Positions 30,671 through 43,089 of a DNA stretch of 64,000 nucleotides are shown in pieces; position 1 is the stretch's first letter, and the number at the start of each line of letters is the position of its first letter. The stretch spans positions 38,334 to 102,333 of the forward strand of contig CAUJJS010000130.1 of NCBI GenBank assembly GCA_963205415.1, written 5' to 3'. The position numbers were made by a program, and so were the translations under genes. Under the pieces are notes generated by a model, which saw nothing but the letters and a program-made list of their open reading frames with translations, did no database searches and had not been told where the DNA came from. This DNA comes from Pseudomonadota bacterium. GTDB lineage: Bacteria; Pseudomonadota; Gammaproteobacteria; Xanthomonadales; Xanthomonadaceae.

Positions 30671-31477
30671 TCACAGACAGCGAGGTTGGCGTCCGCCGGT
30701 TCGTGCTTGTTCGTATGTCGGCATCAGTGCCGGAGCCGCCTCGGACAGGGAGCGTGCGCGCTTGTCCGACTCCGGGTGGGTCGACAGCAGGCGTGGTGGG
30801 GTCGGGGTGCCGGCACTGGCTCTGATCATGTTTTCCCACAAGGCTGCGGCTTGCCGCGGGTCAAAGCCGGCTCGCGCCATCAGCTCCTGACCGATCCGAT
30901 CGGCTTCGCTTTCCTGCAAGCGCGAGTAGGGCAGCAGCACGCCGACCTGGGTGCCGGCCCCGAGCAGGGCGACGACTTGTTTGACCTCGGCGGGTGAAGC
31001 CTTGCGCCCAACGTAGGCGCCCACGAGATTGGTGCCCACCTCGGCCAGCATGCTCTGGGACAGACGCTCGCCGGAATGGCGCGCAATGACGTGACCGATC
31101 TCGTGACCTACCACCGCTGCCAGCTGATCTTGATTGCTGGCGGTTCGGAACATGCCGGTGTTGATGCCCACCTTGCCGCCGGGCAGTGCGAAGGCGTTGG
31201 GTGAGTCGATGGCAAAGACCTGTACTTCCCAATCGAGTTTTTGCCAAGGCTGTGGCAACTGCGCGACCAGTGCCTGCACGATGCATTGCGCGGAGGCGCG
31301 CTTGCTGGCGTTATTGGAGAGTTTGTCGGTGGCTTTCATCTGGGAGAAAGCCGCGATACCCATTTGGTTCACGTCGCTGTCGGAGACCATGAGCAGTTGT
31401 TTGCGGCCCGTAGGCGAGGTCGCGCAACTGGCGAGCAGGATCACGCTCAAAATCGAAAGTACGGCGCAAGCTCGCAT
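30671..31477 (-). CDS. M48 family zinc peptidase lipoprotein
   Basis: Lipobox LASC; NAFALPGG, HEIGH, ESEAD, LSTHP. Confidence 0.9.
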   Translation of the reverse strand: MRACAVLSILSVILLASCATSPTGRKQLLMVSDSDVNQMGIAAFSQMKATDKLSNNASKRASAQCIVQALVAQLPQPWQKLDWEVQVFAIDSPNAFALPGGKVGINTGMFRTASNQDQLAAVVGHEIGHVIARHSGERLSQSMLAEVGTNLVGAYVGRKASPAEVKQVVALLGAGTQVGVLLPYSRLQESEADRIGQELMARAGFDPRQAAALWENMIRASAGTPTPPRLLSTHPESDKRARSLSEAAPALMPTYEQARTGGRQPRCL

Positions 31478-31559
31478 GGTGAGTGTTCTCCGCGGGTGTG
31501 ATTTCAGGTCAAATCAGCGATCAATGAAACGGCTGGCTTGTGCAGCTGCTTTGGGCACT

Positions 31560-32525
31560 TCAACCCAGTGTCGGAAAGTTGCGCTTGGCAAACTCGACAC
31601 GCTCCTCGGCATTGGCGGACAGGCCGCCGCTGCGTTCGAGCGCTTCGACCTTGGCCAGCCGATGACCCAAGCCGTTGCCATTGGCGATCTGGATAGCCAA
31701 ACCGGGACGCGCGTTGAGTTCCAGAATCATCGGGCCCAAGTTGCGATCCAGCACGAAGTCGACGCCAACATAGCCCAATTGCGATAGCTCGTAGCAGCAG
31801 GACGACATCATCAAGAGATCATCCCAACGCGGTATCGTCAGGCCCACGATGCTGCGTTCGGTGTCCGGGTGCTCACGGATGATCTCGGTGCCCCACACCC
31901 CGCGTCGGGTCATGCCCGTGGGGATGTCGATGCCCACGCCAATCGCGCCTTGATGCAGGTTGGCCTTGCCATCGGACATGCGCGTCGGCAGGCGGATCAT
32001 GGCCATCACGGGATAGCCCAGGAACACGATGATGCGCACGTCGGGAACGCCACGGTAGCTCACCTGATCAAAGATCGGATCGAACTGCACGCAGTATTCG
32101 ACCAGTAGATGATCAGGCTGCCCACCCAGCGAGAACAAGCCTGAAAGCCCATTGGACAGGTGATGATCGAACTCGCTGCACGGCATCAGTTGGCCGTTGG
32201 AGCGCCGGTACTTGTCGCCTCGGCGCCCACTGATGACCAAGATGCCGTCACCGCCCGAACCGTGCGCCGGCTTGACCACGAACTGATCTCGCGTGGCGAG
32301 GGTTTCGTGCAGTTGCGCGATCTCGTGTTCGGCGCGGACCACGGCGTACAACTCCGGCACCGGCAGTCCGGCCTCCAAGGCAAGTTCCTTGGTGATGAGT
32401 TTGTCGTCCACGCGCGGATAGAACTTGCGCTGGTTGTAGCGCAACACGTAGTTGGCATTGCGCTCGCCAATGCCGATCAGGCCGATTTCACGCAGGCGAC
32501 GTGCGGTTCGCAGCAAGCCGTACAT
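31560..32525 (-). CDS. Alpha-L-glutamate ligase-like ATP-grasp protein
   Basis: VDDKLITK, VKPAHGSGGDGI, GVPDVR, ANLHQGAIG, LELNARPGLAIQ. Confidence 0.88.
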   Translation of the reverse strand: MYGLLRTARRLREIGLIGIGERNANYVLRYNQRKFYPRVDDKLITKELALEAGLPVPELYAVVRAEHEIAQLHETLATRDQFVVKPAHGSGGDGILVISGRRGDKYRRSNGQLMPCSEFDHHLSNGLSGLFSLGGQPDHLLVEYCVQFDPIFDQVSYRGVPDVRIIVFLGYPVMAMIRLPTRMSDGKANLHQGAIGVGIDIPTGMTRRGVWGTEIIREHPDTERSIVGLTIPRWDDLLMMSSCCYELSQLGYVGVDFVLDRNLGPMILELNARPGLAIQIANGNGLGHRLAKVEALERSGGLSANAEERVEFAKRNFPTLG

Positions 32526-32528
32526 GGC

Positions 32529-34127
32529 TCATGGCGCCTTGTCGGGTGGGGGCGCGGTATCGGCTTCGACGTCCACCGGGATCGTGGGGGCTAGGGCTTG
32601 CTCGGACTCGCGTGCCAGATTGCGGAAGCGGAACAGTTCGGACAGGCGATAACCCGAATAACGCCCCAGGATCAAGGTGATGGCCAACAGCACCAAGAGG
32701 ATTTCCGGGAACACGAAAACGAAATGCTCGATCGGTGGGGCACTCATCACCAGATGCGCCAGCGCCGCCACGATCAGCGTACCCACAGCCTCACGCAAGG
32801 CGGGTCCAGCGCCGCGCTCGTCCCAAGCCACTGAAATGCGCTCGATGGTCATGGTCATGATCACCATGGGGAACAGCGCGATCGACAGGCCCACTTCGAT
32901 GCCCAAGCGGTTGGATATCACCGACACAGCCGCCATCAGCAACACGACCACGATCAACACCGCCGTCAATCTCGGCACCAGGAGCAATCGCAAGCGTTCC
33001 ATGTAGAAACGCACCAGCAAGCCCGCACCCACCACCACACCGAAAAGCACGATGCCGGCGAGCAATTGGGTTTCGCGGAAGGCCAAGGCAATCAGGATCG
33101 GCATGAAGGTGCCGTAGGTCTTCACGCCCACGAGGTTGCGCAAGAGCAGCATGATGAAAGCCCCGATCGGGATCATCAGCAAGATGCGATACACCTCTTG
33201 TGCCTGCAGCGGAAGACTCAGCAAGGAGTAGTTGACCAAGTCCGCGTTCTGCACTTCCAGACGCTGCTCGGCAACGGCCATCGCATCGGCAAGGTTGCGG
33301 GTCACGGAAAAGTTGACGTGTGCCAGCGGGGTGTCCTCGACGTGCAAAACCTCACCATCGGCGCGACTCCAGAGGAACAGATCCTGCGGCCAACCTTCCG
33401 ATGCCGTACGCAAATCGATCGTGGCCCAACGCAGGCCGTTGTGCACCTGCAACCACGGCAGGAGTGTTTCGTCGCGATGCGTGTCACCCAGCTCAAAGCC
33501 GTACACCACGCGTGCCGGGATATGCCTGAGGCTGAGCATCTGGGCGATGAAGCGGGCGCGGGCGGCCGGTTCGACCAGCTCTTGCGTCAATAGCGCCACG
33601 TCCTGGGTTGGGTTCTGCATCGTGAACCGGCGCACCAGATCCTGTGCAAAGGTGATGGTGTCAGCCGAGCCTTCACGCACCTCGGCCAGTACGTTTTGCG
33701 CGGCCGAGGCGAAGGGTTCTTCCAATGTTGGCGCCTCGCCCACTTTGGGCGCATCGCTGAACGGCTCGTCGTCGCTGGGCCCACGTACCACGGTGGCGCG
33801 GTAGTACAAAACCTGCTTGCCGCGGGCACTGCGGATTGTCCATTGCGCCTCGCGATTGCCGGCCCGCGTGTCCTGCAACAGGGAATAGCCACGCGCGATG
33901 AAGCGCTCATCCAACAGGGCAAAGCCCGGGGGGGCGTTAGGCAACACCAAGGCGACCTTGTTGGCCGCGCGCCGTGGGCTGTATTCGATACGCGCCTGAA
34001 CCGTCCACACCTCGGCTTCGGTGGCAGGTTGCAGGGGAAAGTTCAGCACCTTCCATTTGTAAAAAATCGCAGACAGACCGACGATCCCGATCAGGATCGC
34101 CAGTACATAGAGATGGCTTTTCTTCAT
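32529..34127 (-). CDS. Inactive transglutaminase fused to a 7TM domain
   Basis: N-terminal TM; transglutaminase-like IPARVVYG...PWLQV...WATID without catalytic Cys/His; C-terminal TMs with GVKTYGTFMP, FPMVIMTMTIER, GRYSGYRL. Confidence 0.85.
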   Translation of the reverse strand: MKKSHLYVLAILIGIVGLSAIFYKWKVLNFPLQPATEAEVWTVQARIEYSPRRAANKVALVLPNAPPGFALLDERFIARGYSLLQDTRAGNREAQWTIRSARGKQVLYYRATVVRGPSDDEPFSDAPKVGEAPTLEEPFASAAQNVLAEVREGSADTITFAQDLVRRFTMQNPTQDVALLTQELVEPAARARFIAQMLSLRHIPARVVYGFELGDTHRDETLLPWLQVHNGLRWATIDLRTASEGWPQDLFLWSRADGEVLHVEDTPLAHVNFSVTRNLADAMAVAEQRLEVQNADLVNYSLLSLPLQAQEVYRILLMIPIGAFIMLLLRNLVGVKTYGTFMPILIALAFRETQLLAGIVLFGVVVGAGLLVRFYMERLRLLLVPRLTAVLIVVVLLMAAVSVISNRLGIEVGLSIALFPMVIMTMTIERISVAWDERGAGPALREAVGTLIVAALAHLVMSAPPIEHFVFVFPEILLVLLAITLILGRYSGYRLSELFRFRNLARESEQALAPTIPVDVEADTAPPPDKAP

Positions 34128-34267
34128 GGTAGTAGCGAACTGGCGCGGTCCCCTGCCGCGAACGGGTTCAAACGCGACGAAGTATAACGATTTTCACCCT
34201 ATCCAAGGCCCGTGCCCAAGGTGCTCACGAGCCGAGTCGCTGGGTGACTGGACGCGATTGCCGCGGC

Positions 34268-36742
<2,475 letters not shown>

Positions 36743-36777
36743 TCAATTCAGGGCCCGCTGCAAGAATGGGATTTCGA

Positions 36778-37866
36778 TTATACCAGCGCCCTGACTTTTC
36801 CCTGTTCCACGTGAAACCAACGCGAAGGAACCCGGGTACGCTCGGGTTCGGTCAATGCTTGGGTCAGTGTCACAAACGCCTGTGCGGGTTGCTGCGCCAG
36901 CCAGTTCAGGGTGTCTTGCAGGTGCTTTGGATCCAGTTCGGACGGTAGGTCGTCCAACAGCAGCAGCGGCCACTCCCCTCGAACACTGGCAAAGTGCTCA
37001 GTTTGCGCCAACAACAAGGCCAGAACCGTGAGCTTCTCCTGCCCTCTGGAGAACATTTCGCGTTCCGGGATGCGACTGAAACCCACCGACCAGTCCGAAC
37101 GATGGGCTCCGACCGTCGAATGGCCAAGGAAACGATCTCGTTCTCGCGCCTTTTTCAGGGCTTCCAGCAAACCAGGTGCATCAATATTCTCTCCCCAACC
37201 AGGTTGGTAGTGGATCTGCAATGAGCCCATTTCCGGCAAGAAACGTTCGGCCATGGCGATCAATTGGGGGCGCAGTGCTTCGAGATAGTCCCTTCGTAAA
37301 CCATCCAGCCGGGCGCCCTGCTCCGCCAATTCAATCTCCCACACCTCCAGATCCACGTCCGTATGATCTTGCTTCAGGATACGGTTACGTTGCTTCAAGG
37401 CCCGCTGGTACCGACGCCACGGCGTGATGAACGAAGGTTCCACGTGAAACAAAGCCCAATCCAGAAATCTACGGCGGTGCTCTGCCCCTCCAGAGATCAA
37501 GACATGACTGTCTGGCTCGAAACACACCACTGGCAGCCGAAGGAAGAGCTCGGAAAGTCGCTCGACGTTTTCCCCATCCAGTTTCGCCTTCCACGTTCTG
37601 GGGCTGCGTTCCAGGCCCAGAATCCTTTCCAGACCCTCACTGTGGAGTCTGGCCACCACACGCAAGGTATTCTGTCCGCGCTGAATCAAGGCCTCGTTTT
37701 GACCACCCCGAAACGAGCGACCGCAGGCCAGCAGGTGGATCGCTTCCAATATGCTGGTCTTGCCCGCGCCGTTGTCACCCAACAGGAAGTTGATGCCGGC
37801 GGCTGGCTCCAGCGCAAGTGCTTCCAGGCACCTGAGGTGCTCGACCGTCAAACTGACCAGATGCAT
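36778..37866 (-). CDS. recF: DNA replication/repair protein RecF
   Basis: GDNGAGKT, RRRFLDW, SRGQEK, LLLDDLPSELD. Confidence 0.96.
   Translation of the reverse strand: MHLVSLTVEHLRCLEALALEPAAGINFLLGDNGAGKTSILEAIHLLACGRSFRGGQNEALIQRGQNTLRVVARLHSEGLERILGLERSPRTWKAKLDGENVERLSELFLRLPVVCFEPDSHVLISGGAEHRRRFLDWALFHVEPSFITPWRRYQRALKQRNRILKQDHTDVDLEVWEIELAEQGARLDGLRRDYLEALRPQLIAMAERFLPEMGSLQIHYQPGWGENIDAPGLLEALKKARERDRFLGHSTVGAHRSDWSVGFSRIPEREMFSRGQEKLTVLALLLAQTEHFASVRGEWPLLLLDDLPSELDPKHLQDTLNWLAQQPAQAFVTLTQALTEPERTRVPSRWFHVEQGKVRALV
36803..36818. promoter_or_regulatory. parS: parS site (ParB binding)
   Basis: TGTTCCACGTGAAACC matches the parS palindrome GTTYCACGTGRAAC; about 2.2 kb from oriC. Confidence 0.88.
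37436..37451. promoter_or_regulatory. parS: parS site (ParB binding)
   Basis: GGTTCCACGTGAAACA inside recF. Confidence 0.88.
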
Positions 37867-37900
37867 CGAGCGTGCACATCCTTGTCTGCCAGTATCTGGC

Positions 37901-39004
37901 TCACAGGCGCATCGGCATCACGACATGGCGTGTCCGTGTATTGCTGCCTTCCTGCACCAGCGCGCTGGAATTGGCATCGCGCAGACTCATCATCACCGTC
38001 TCGTCACGGAGTGAGTTGATGGTTTCCAAAAGATAAACGACGTTGAAGCCAATCGATAGCTGGCCGATGCTGGTATCGATGTCGATTTCCTCGACCGCTT
38101 CTTCCTGCTCCGGATTGTGTGCTGCGATTCGCAACTGCTTGGGTGAGAAATCCAACTTCACGCCACGGTATTTCTCGTTTGAGAGGATAGCCACGCGCTG
38201 CAGTGCGGCTTTGAAGACTTCCCGGTCGATGAGTGCCTGTTTATCGACTCCGATGGGAATCACCGCGTTGTAGTCCGGGAACCTCCCCTCAATCAGCTTC
38301 GAAGTGAAAGTGACATCTTCGCGCTGCACGCGCAGCAAGGTTCGACCCAACTCCAATACGATGGAACGATCGCCACCATCGAAGAGCCTTTGAATTTCCA
38401 ACACACCCTTGCGCGGCACGATCAACTGCCGGTGTGCTGCGACAGGCGCGTCCAAGTCCGTTTCGCACAAGGCCATGCGATGCCCGTCGGTAGCCACCGT
38501 GCGTAGCCGGTTATTTTCCAAATCGAACAGAAGGCCATTGAGGTAGTAGCGAACATCCTGTTGCGCCATCGCAAAAGCGGTGCGTTCTATGACGGTACCA
38601 AGGTTGCTCTCGGTCATCCGCACACGGGTCTCGACCTCCAGATCATCCGTCAGTGGAAAGTCACTGGCCGGCAAGGTTGCCAAGGTAAATCGACTGCGAC
38701 CGGCACGTACCGTTGCGCGATCGCCACTTAAATCGAATTTGACGGTGGCCCCATCCGGGAGGGATCGAACGATATCGAAAAACTTTCGCGCCGGAACGGT
38801 GATTTCGCCCACGGTGCTGGCTGCGTCCAGAACGGTTCTGGCGCGCATTTCCACTTCGGAGTCCGAGCCGGTCAGGGACAAACCCTCGGCAGTTACTTGA
38901 ACCAGCAAGTTGCCGAGGACCGGCATGGACTGCTTCTTCTCGACCACGTTGATGACCTGTTGCAGCGGCTTCAACAAAGCTTCGCGTTGAATGGTGAATT
39001 GCAT
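37901..39004 (-). CDS. dnaN: DNA polymerase III beta clamp
   Basis: QQDVRYYLNG, VATDGHR, SKLIEGRFPDY, IGFNVVY, VVMPMRL. Alternative start at 39010. Confidence 0.97.
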   Translation of the reverse strand: MQFTIQREALLKPLQQVINVVEKKQSMPVLGNLLVQVTAEGLSLTGSDSEVEMRARTVLDAASTVGEITVPARKFFDIVRSLPDGATVKFDLSGDRATVRAGRSRFTLATLPASDFPLTDDLEVETRVRMTESNLGTVIERTAFAMAQQDVRYYLNGLLFDLENNRLRTVATDGHRMALCETDLDAPVAAHRQLIVPRKGVLEIQRLFDGGDRSIVLELGRTLLRVQREDVTFTSKLIEGRFPDYNAVIPIGVDKQALIDREVFKAALQRVAILSNEKYRGVKLDFSPKQLRIAAHNPEQEEAVEEIDIDTSIGQLSIGFNVVYLLETINSLRDETVMMSLRDANSSALVQEGSNTRTRHVVMPMRL

Positions 39005-39010
39005 GGCCAT

Positions 39011-39230
39011 AGCTCTCTAGGTTTGTATTTAATGAAACGTGGTGGTTGTTGGTTGCCTGAGTATGTGGAAACAAACACAAGTTGTTGATTTTGTTTGATT
39101 AAACAACAGATAACCCGCCTTCCAGCAGGCTATGAACCAGTGTACAGGCGGTGGACAACTTGGCCGACCATCATCTTGTCCACAGCTATCCACGGGTTGT
39201 CCTGGAAGCGTCAACATGCTTTGCACCAAC
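39011..39230. other. oriC: Replication origin oriC
   Basis: dnaA-dnaN intergenic; DnaA-box-like TTGTCCACA (39176-84), CTATCCACG (39186-94), GGTGGACAA (39150-58), TGTGGAAAC (39064-72); IHF consensus AATCAACAACTTG on the minus strand (39078-90); AT-rich tracts. Confidence 0.88.
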
Positions 39231-40559
39231 TCATTCTGTCAGCTTGCGCATCAGTTTGTCCCAATCCTCACGCAAGAGTCCGTCGGTTTCCATCAGCTTT
39301 CGGATTTGGCGGTCGGCATGCAGCACGGTCGTGTGATCGCGCCCGCCAAAGCCGTCTCCAATTTCAGCCAAGCTGTGCGCAGTCAATTCCTTGACCAAGG
39401 TCATGGCCACCTGCCGCGGTCGCGCCAAGGCCCGGGTGCGGCGCTTGGACAAGAGGTCGGCCACGCGAAGTTGGTAATAGTCCGCCACGATCTTCTGAAT
39501 GTTGCTGATCGAGATCACTTGTTGCTGTGCCCGCAAAAGGTCGCGTAGGGTTTCCTGAGCGAACTCGGCGTCGATAAGTCGCGCGGTGAAGTTGGCGCGC
39601 GCCGCCAAGGTGTTGAGTGCGCCTTCCAAATCGCGCACGTTGGAGCGCATGCGCTTGGCGATGAGATAGGCCACCTCTTCGGGCAAGGGAATGCCGCGTT
39701 GACGCGCCTTGTTGATCAAGATGGCGGCGCGGGTTTCAAAGTCGGGTGGTTCGATCTGCACCGACAAACCCCACCCCAAGCGCGACTTCAGCCTCGGCTC
39801 CAGATTATCGACTTCACGTGGGTAGCGGTCGCAAGTCAGGATCATCTGTTGCTTGCCATCGAACAAGGTGTTGAAGGTGTGGAAGAACTCCTCCTGGGTG
39901 GTGTTCTTGCCGGCAAAAAATTGAATGTCGTCGAGCAACAGTGCTTCGACATTACGGAACTGATGCTTGAACAGTTCCATGGTCTTTTCTTGCAGCGCCT
40001 TCATCATGGCGTTGAAGAACTGGTCAGACCGCAGGTAAAGCACACGCATCGCCGGATTGTTGGCCAGCATGAGATTACCCGCGGCGTGCATCAAATGGGT
40101 CTTGCCAAGGCCCGTACCACCGTAGAGCAACAAAGGGTTGTACGCCTGGCCCGGATTTTGCGCGACCTGCCACGCGGCGGATTTGGCCAGTTGATTGGGC
40201 TTGCCCTCGATGAAGTTTTCAAAGGTGTAGCACGACGCCAGATTGCTCTCGATCGCCGGTGCGTTCGATCGCCGCTCAGCGGGACCTTTCGCTGTGATCT
40301 TGCTGCCCGGATCACGACTTCCGATCTCCAGACGAACACGGGCATCTACCCTGCCCGTGGTCTGGCTCCAAAGTGTGGTGATGTGTGCGAGGTAACGCTC
40401 ACGCAGCACTTCGACCACAAAAGCATTGGGCGCATACAAAACCAACACCCCGGCTTCGGGCGAAGTACCGACCTGAAGAGGTTTGAACCACGTCAGGAAA
40501 TCCTCGCGCGCCAACGTGGCCTCGAGATGGGACAGGCAAATGGACCACGCATCGGACAT
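39231..40559 (-). CDS. dnaA: Chromosomal replication initiator DnaA
   Basis: [50 protein letters not shown]. Confidence 0.98.
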   Translation of the reverse strand: MSDAWSICLSHLEATLAREDFLTWFKPLQVGTSPEAGVLVLYAPNAFVVEVLRERYLAHITTLWSQTTGRVDARVRLEIGSRDPGSKITAKGPAERRSNAPAIESNLASCYTFENFIEGKPNQLAKSAAWQVAQNPGQAYNPLLLYGGTGLGKTHLMHAAGNLMLANNPAMRVLYLRSDQFFNAMMKALQEKTMELFKHQFRNVEALLLDDIQFFAGKNTTQEEFFHTFNTLFDGKQQMILTCDRYPREVDNLEPRLKSRLGWGLSVQIEPPDFETRAAILINKARQRGIPLPEEVAYLIAKRMRSNVRDLEGALNTLAARANFTARLIDAEFAQETLRDLLRAQQQVISISNIQKIVADYYQLRVADLLSKRRTRALARPRQVAMTLVKELTAHSLAEIGDGFGGRDHTTVLHADRQIRKLMETDGLLREDWDKLMRKLTE

Positions 40560-40896
40560 TGCTGAAAGCATCTCCACACAGCGGCAAGACCACGCTGCAA
40601 AAGAAATCGAAAAGAAACGGTGAGTCTAACCGCTATGTGCACTCGTCGTAGTTGCCAAGAGAAAGGACCGATACGCGCGCCCAGACCCTACGCCATGGCA
40701 CTGCCGAGTACCTCCTGATGGAGCGTTGGTGGTAGCGTTAGCGTCGGCAGGTCATTGGGCACATCGCGCATCGATGAAGATCCAAGACTTGCGAGGATCG
40801 ACACCACCTTAGCGCGATGTCGCAGTTTTCATCGGAAAGACTTGGACGACCTTGCGTAACTCCGGCGAGGTATCTGGTTCGGGCAAAGGACACATC

Positions 40897-41127
40897 ATGG
40901 CCGACACATGGCTCAACTCACTCATCACCAAAACCCCGCAGGAAGGCTTCGAACTGGCGATCACGCTCAGCCGACGCGGGGTCAAATACACCCAACCCGA
41001 CGCCACCGTCCTGCACAAGCTGCGACCCGAGTACGCCAACGATGCCGATTCCTTGGTCGCCGCCTCGCAGGTGATCGCGATCAATTTCCAGACCGTGGCG
41101 GCCGCCAACAACTACTGGCGAGGCTGA
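40897..41127 (+). CDS. Hexameric tyrosine-coordinated heme protein (HTHP)
   Basis: 76 aa, AAGGA RBS; TWL...TPQEGFELA...SR..VK.TQPD...Y..DA..L...FQT.AAAN.YW matches recalled HTHP, with Arg26 and Tyr46 at the heme-site positions. Confidence 0.85.
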   Translation: MADTWLNSLITKTPQEGFELAITLSRRGVKYTQPDATVLHKLRPEYANDADSLVAASQVIAINFQTVAAANNYWRG

Positions 41128-41186
41128 GTTCACTTCAACCTGCCGGGCGCCCGACGCGCAGACGCCCGGCCCTGACGAGTCGCTGC

Positions 41187-41648
41187 ATGACTGCATTGGA
41201 GCACCGCATCCCACCGCCGATCGTGGCTTTGTGCTGCGCGCTTCTGGCGTGGCTATCAATGATCTGGGACCTGAGACTGGATATTGATACTGCGGTAGTG
41301 CATGCCTGTGGAACAGCGTTGGCCGTGCTCGGGGCAATCGTTGCCGTACGCGGTGTGCGTGCTTTTCAGCGTGCAGCCACGACCATCAACCCACTCAAAC
41401 CCGATGAGGCTTCAGCGCTGGTGGAGGCGGATGTCTATCGGTTATCCCGTAATCCGATGTACTTGGGAATGGCGCTGATCCTGCTGGGTTTGGCCGTTGG
41501 CTTGGCGCGACCCTTGGCCTTGCTTGGGCCGGTCTTGTTCGTGGCGTGGATCACGCGCTTCCAGATCCTGCCCGAAGAGCGCATCTTGCGCCTCAAGTTT
41601 GGGGCAGTGTACGACGCGTATTGCCGCAAGGTCAGGCGCTGGATCTGA
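41187..41648 (+). CDS. Isoprenylcysteine carboxyl methyltransferase (ICMT/PEMT) family membrane protein
   Basis: IPPP, TTINP, YRLSRNPMYLG, PEER.L...FG..Y..YC.KVRRWI. Confidence 0.88.
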   Translation: MTALEHRIPPPIVALCCALLAWLSMIWDLRLDIDTAVVHACGTALAVLGAIVAVRGVRAFQRAATTINPLKPDEASALVEADVYRLSRNPMYLGMALILLGLAVGLARPLALLGPVLFVAWITRFQILPEERILRLKFGAVYDAYCRKVRRWI

Positions 41649-41764
41649 CGGTGCCGATTCAAAGCCTGCCGGTTCAACCCTGTAGATTCAATTTCCGTGG
41701 GTAGGCCAGCGCTTGGGCTACAATGACGGGTCTTGCGCCGAGCGCGTGATCCCATGGTTTCATC

Positions 41765-42616
41765 ATGACCAAAGATTCCCCCTGGTTCTACGAGAACTTC
41801 GAGCAATCGGGTTCGGCCATCGGCTTTCGAGTCACGGGCAAACTGGATGAAGTGCGCTCGGCTTTCCAGTTGATCGAGATCTGGAATACCACCGATTGGG
41901 GCAAGCTGATGGTGATCGATGGTGCGATCATGCTCACCAGCCGCGACAATTTCCTCTACCACGAGATGATGGCGCACCCGGTGTTGTTCACCCACACCAA
42001 TCCCAAGCGGGTGGTGATCATCGGCGGTGGCGACTGCGGCACCTTGCGCGAAGTGCTCAAGCACAAGGAAGTCGAGAACGCGGTACAAGTGGATATCGAT
42101 GAACAGGTGACGCGCATGTCGGAGAAGTACTTTCCCGAATTGTGCGAGTCCAACCACGACCCACGCGCCGAGCTCTTGTTCGACGATGGCATTGCTTACA
42201 TGCGAAATATAGCGCCTGAAAGCGTCGATGTGGTGATCGTGGACTCCACCGATCCGGTCGGTCCGGCAGAAGGGCTGTTCAACGAGGCCTTTTATGCCTC
42301 CTGCGCGCGCGCCTTGCGTTCGGGCGGCATCCTCGTGCAGCAGTCGGAGTCACCCTTGGTGCATCTGTCCCTGATCAAAGCCATGCGTCACCACATGGCT
42401 GTGGCGGGCTTTGCCCATAGCCGAACCCTGACTTTCCCTCAGCCCTGCTATCCCACTGGCTGGTGGAGTTGTACCTTGGCGCGCAAAGGTGGGGAGCTGT
42501 CCGGGTTCCGCGAACGTGGCGCCTATTCCAAGACGTTTTCCACGCGTTACTACAACGTCGAAACCCACCGCGCTGCACTGGCCACGCCTGAGTTCATGCG
42601 CGAGCTGGGCGATTGA
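41765..42616 (+). CDS. speE: Polyamine aminopropyltransferase (spermidine synthase)
   Basis: YHEMMAH, IIGGGDCG, VDSTDPVGP, YPTGWWS. Confidence 0.95.
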   Translation: MTKDSPWFYENFEQSGSAIGFRVTGKLDEVRSAFQLIEIWNTTDWGKLMVIDGAIMLTSRDNFLYHEMMAHPVLFTHTNPKRVVIIGGGDCGTLREVLKHKEVENAVQVDIDEQVTRMSEKYFPELCESNHDPRAELLFDDGIAYMRNIAPESVDVVIVDSTDPVGPAEGLFNEAFYASCARALRSGGILVQQSESPLVHLSLIKAMRHHMAVAGFAHSRTLTFPQPCYPTGWWSCTLARKGGELSGFRERGAYSKTFSTRYYNVETHRAALATPEFMRELGD

Positions 42617-42628
42617 GAAGACCCAGCC

Positions 42629-43063
42629 ATGCCCGAACACATCACCACCTTTATCCAGGAAAACTTGCTGCTGAGCATGGCCTTCATCGGCATCACGGCG
42701 GCCTTGATTGCCAACGAGCTATTGCGCTTCAATCGAGGGTACAAGGCCTTGACTCCGGCCTTGTTGACCCAGCTCATCAACCGCGAGAACGCGCTGGTGG
42801 TCGATGTCAGCCCGATGAATGATTTCGAGAAAGGGCACATCGTCGGTTCACGCAATGTGGTGATGAGCCAATTCGATCCAGAAAACAAGCAATTGGCCAA
42901 GGTTCGCGAATTGCCCGTGGCCTTGGTGTGCCGCAGCGGGATGAACTCGGCGCAGGCCGCCAAGCGCCTGGTCAAGGCCGGCTTCTCGAACGTCTATTGG
43001 CTTGACGGTGGGATCGGCGCTTGGCAATCGGCCGACCTGCCACTGGCACGCGGGCGAAGCTGA
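42629..43063 (+). CDS. Rhodanese-like membrane protein (YibN-like)
   Basis: N-terminal TM; GHIVGS, VCRSG, LDGGIGAW. Confidence 0.88.
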   Translation: MPEHITTFIQENLLLSMAFIGITAALIANELLRFNRGYKALTPALLTQLINRENALVVDVSPMNDFEKGHIVGSRNVVMSQFDPENKQLAKVRELPVALVCRSGMNSAQAAKRLVKAGFSNVYWLDGGIGAWQSADLPLARGRS

Positions 43064-43089
43064 GACCTTCAACGCGAGGATCACGGGCC

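Noticed and set aside
40560..40896. Hidden rpmH or tRNA upstream of dnaA
   Set aside because: No MKRT-type basic ORF and no cloverleaf/TTCGA arm seen.
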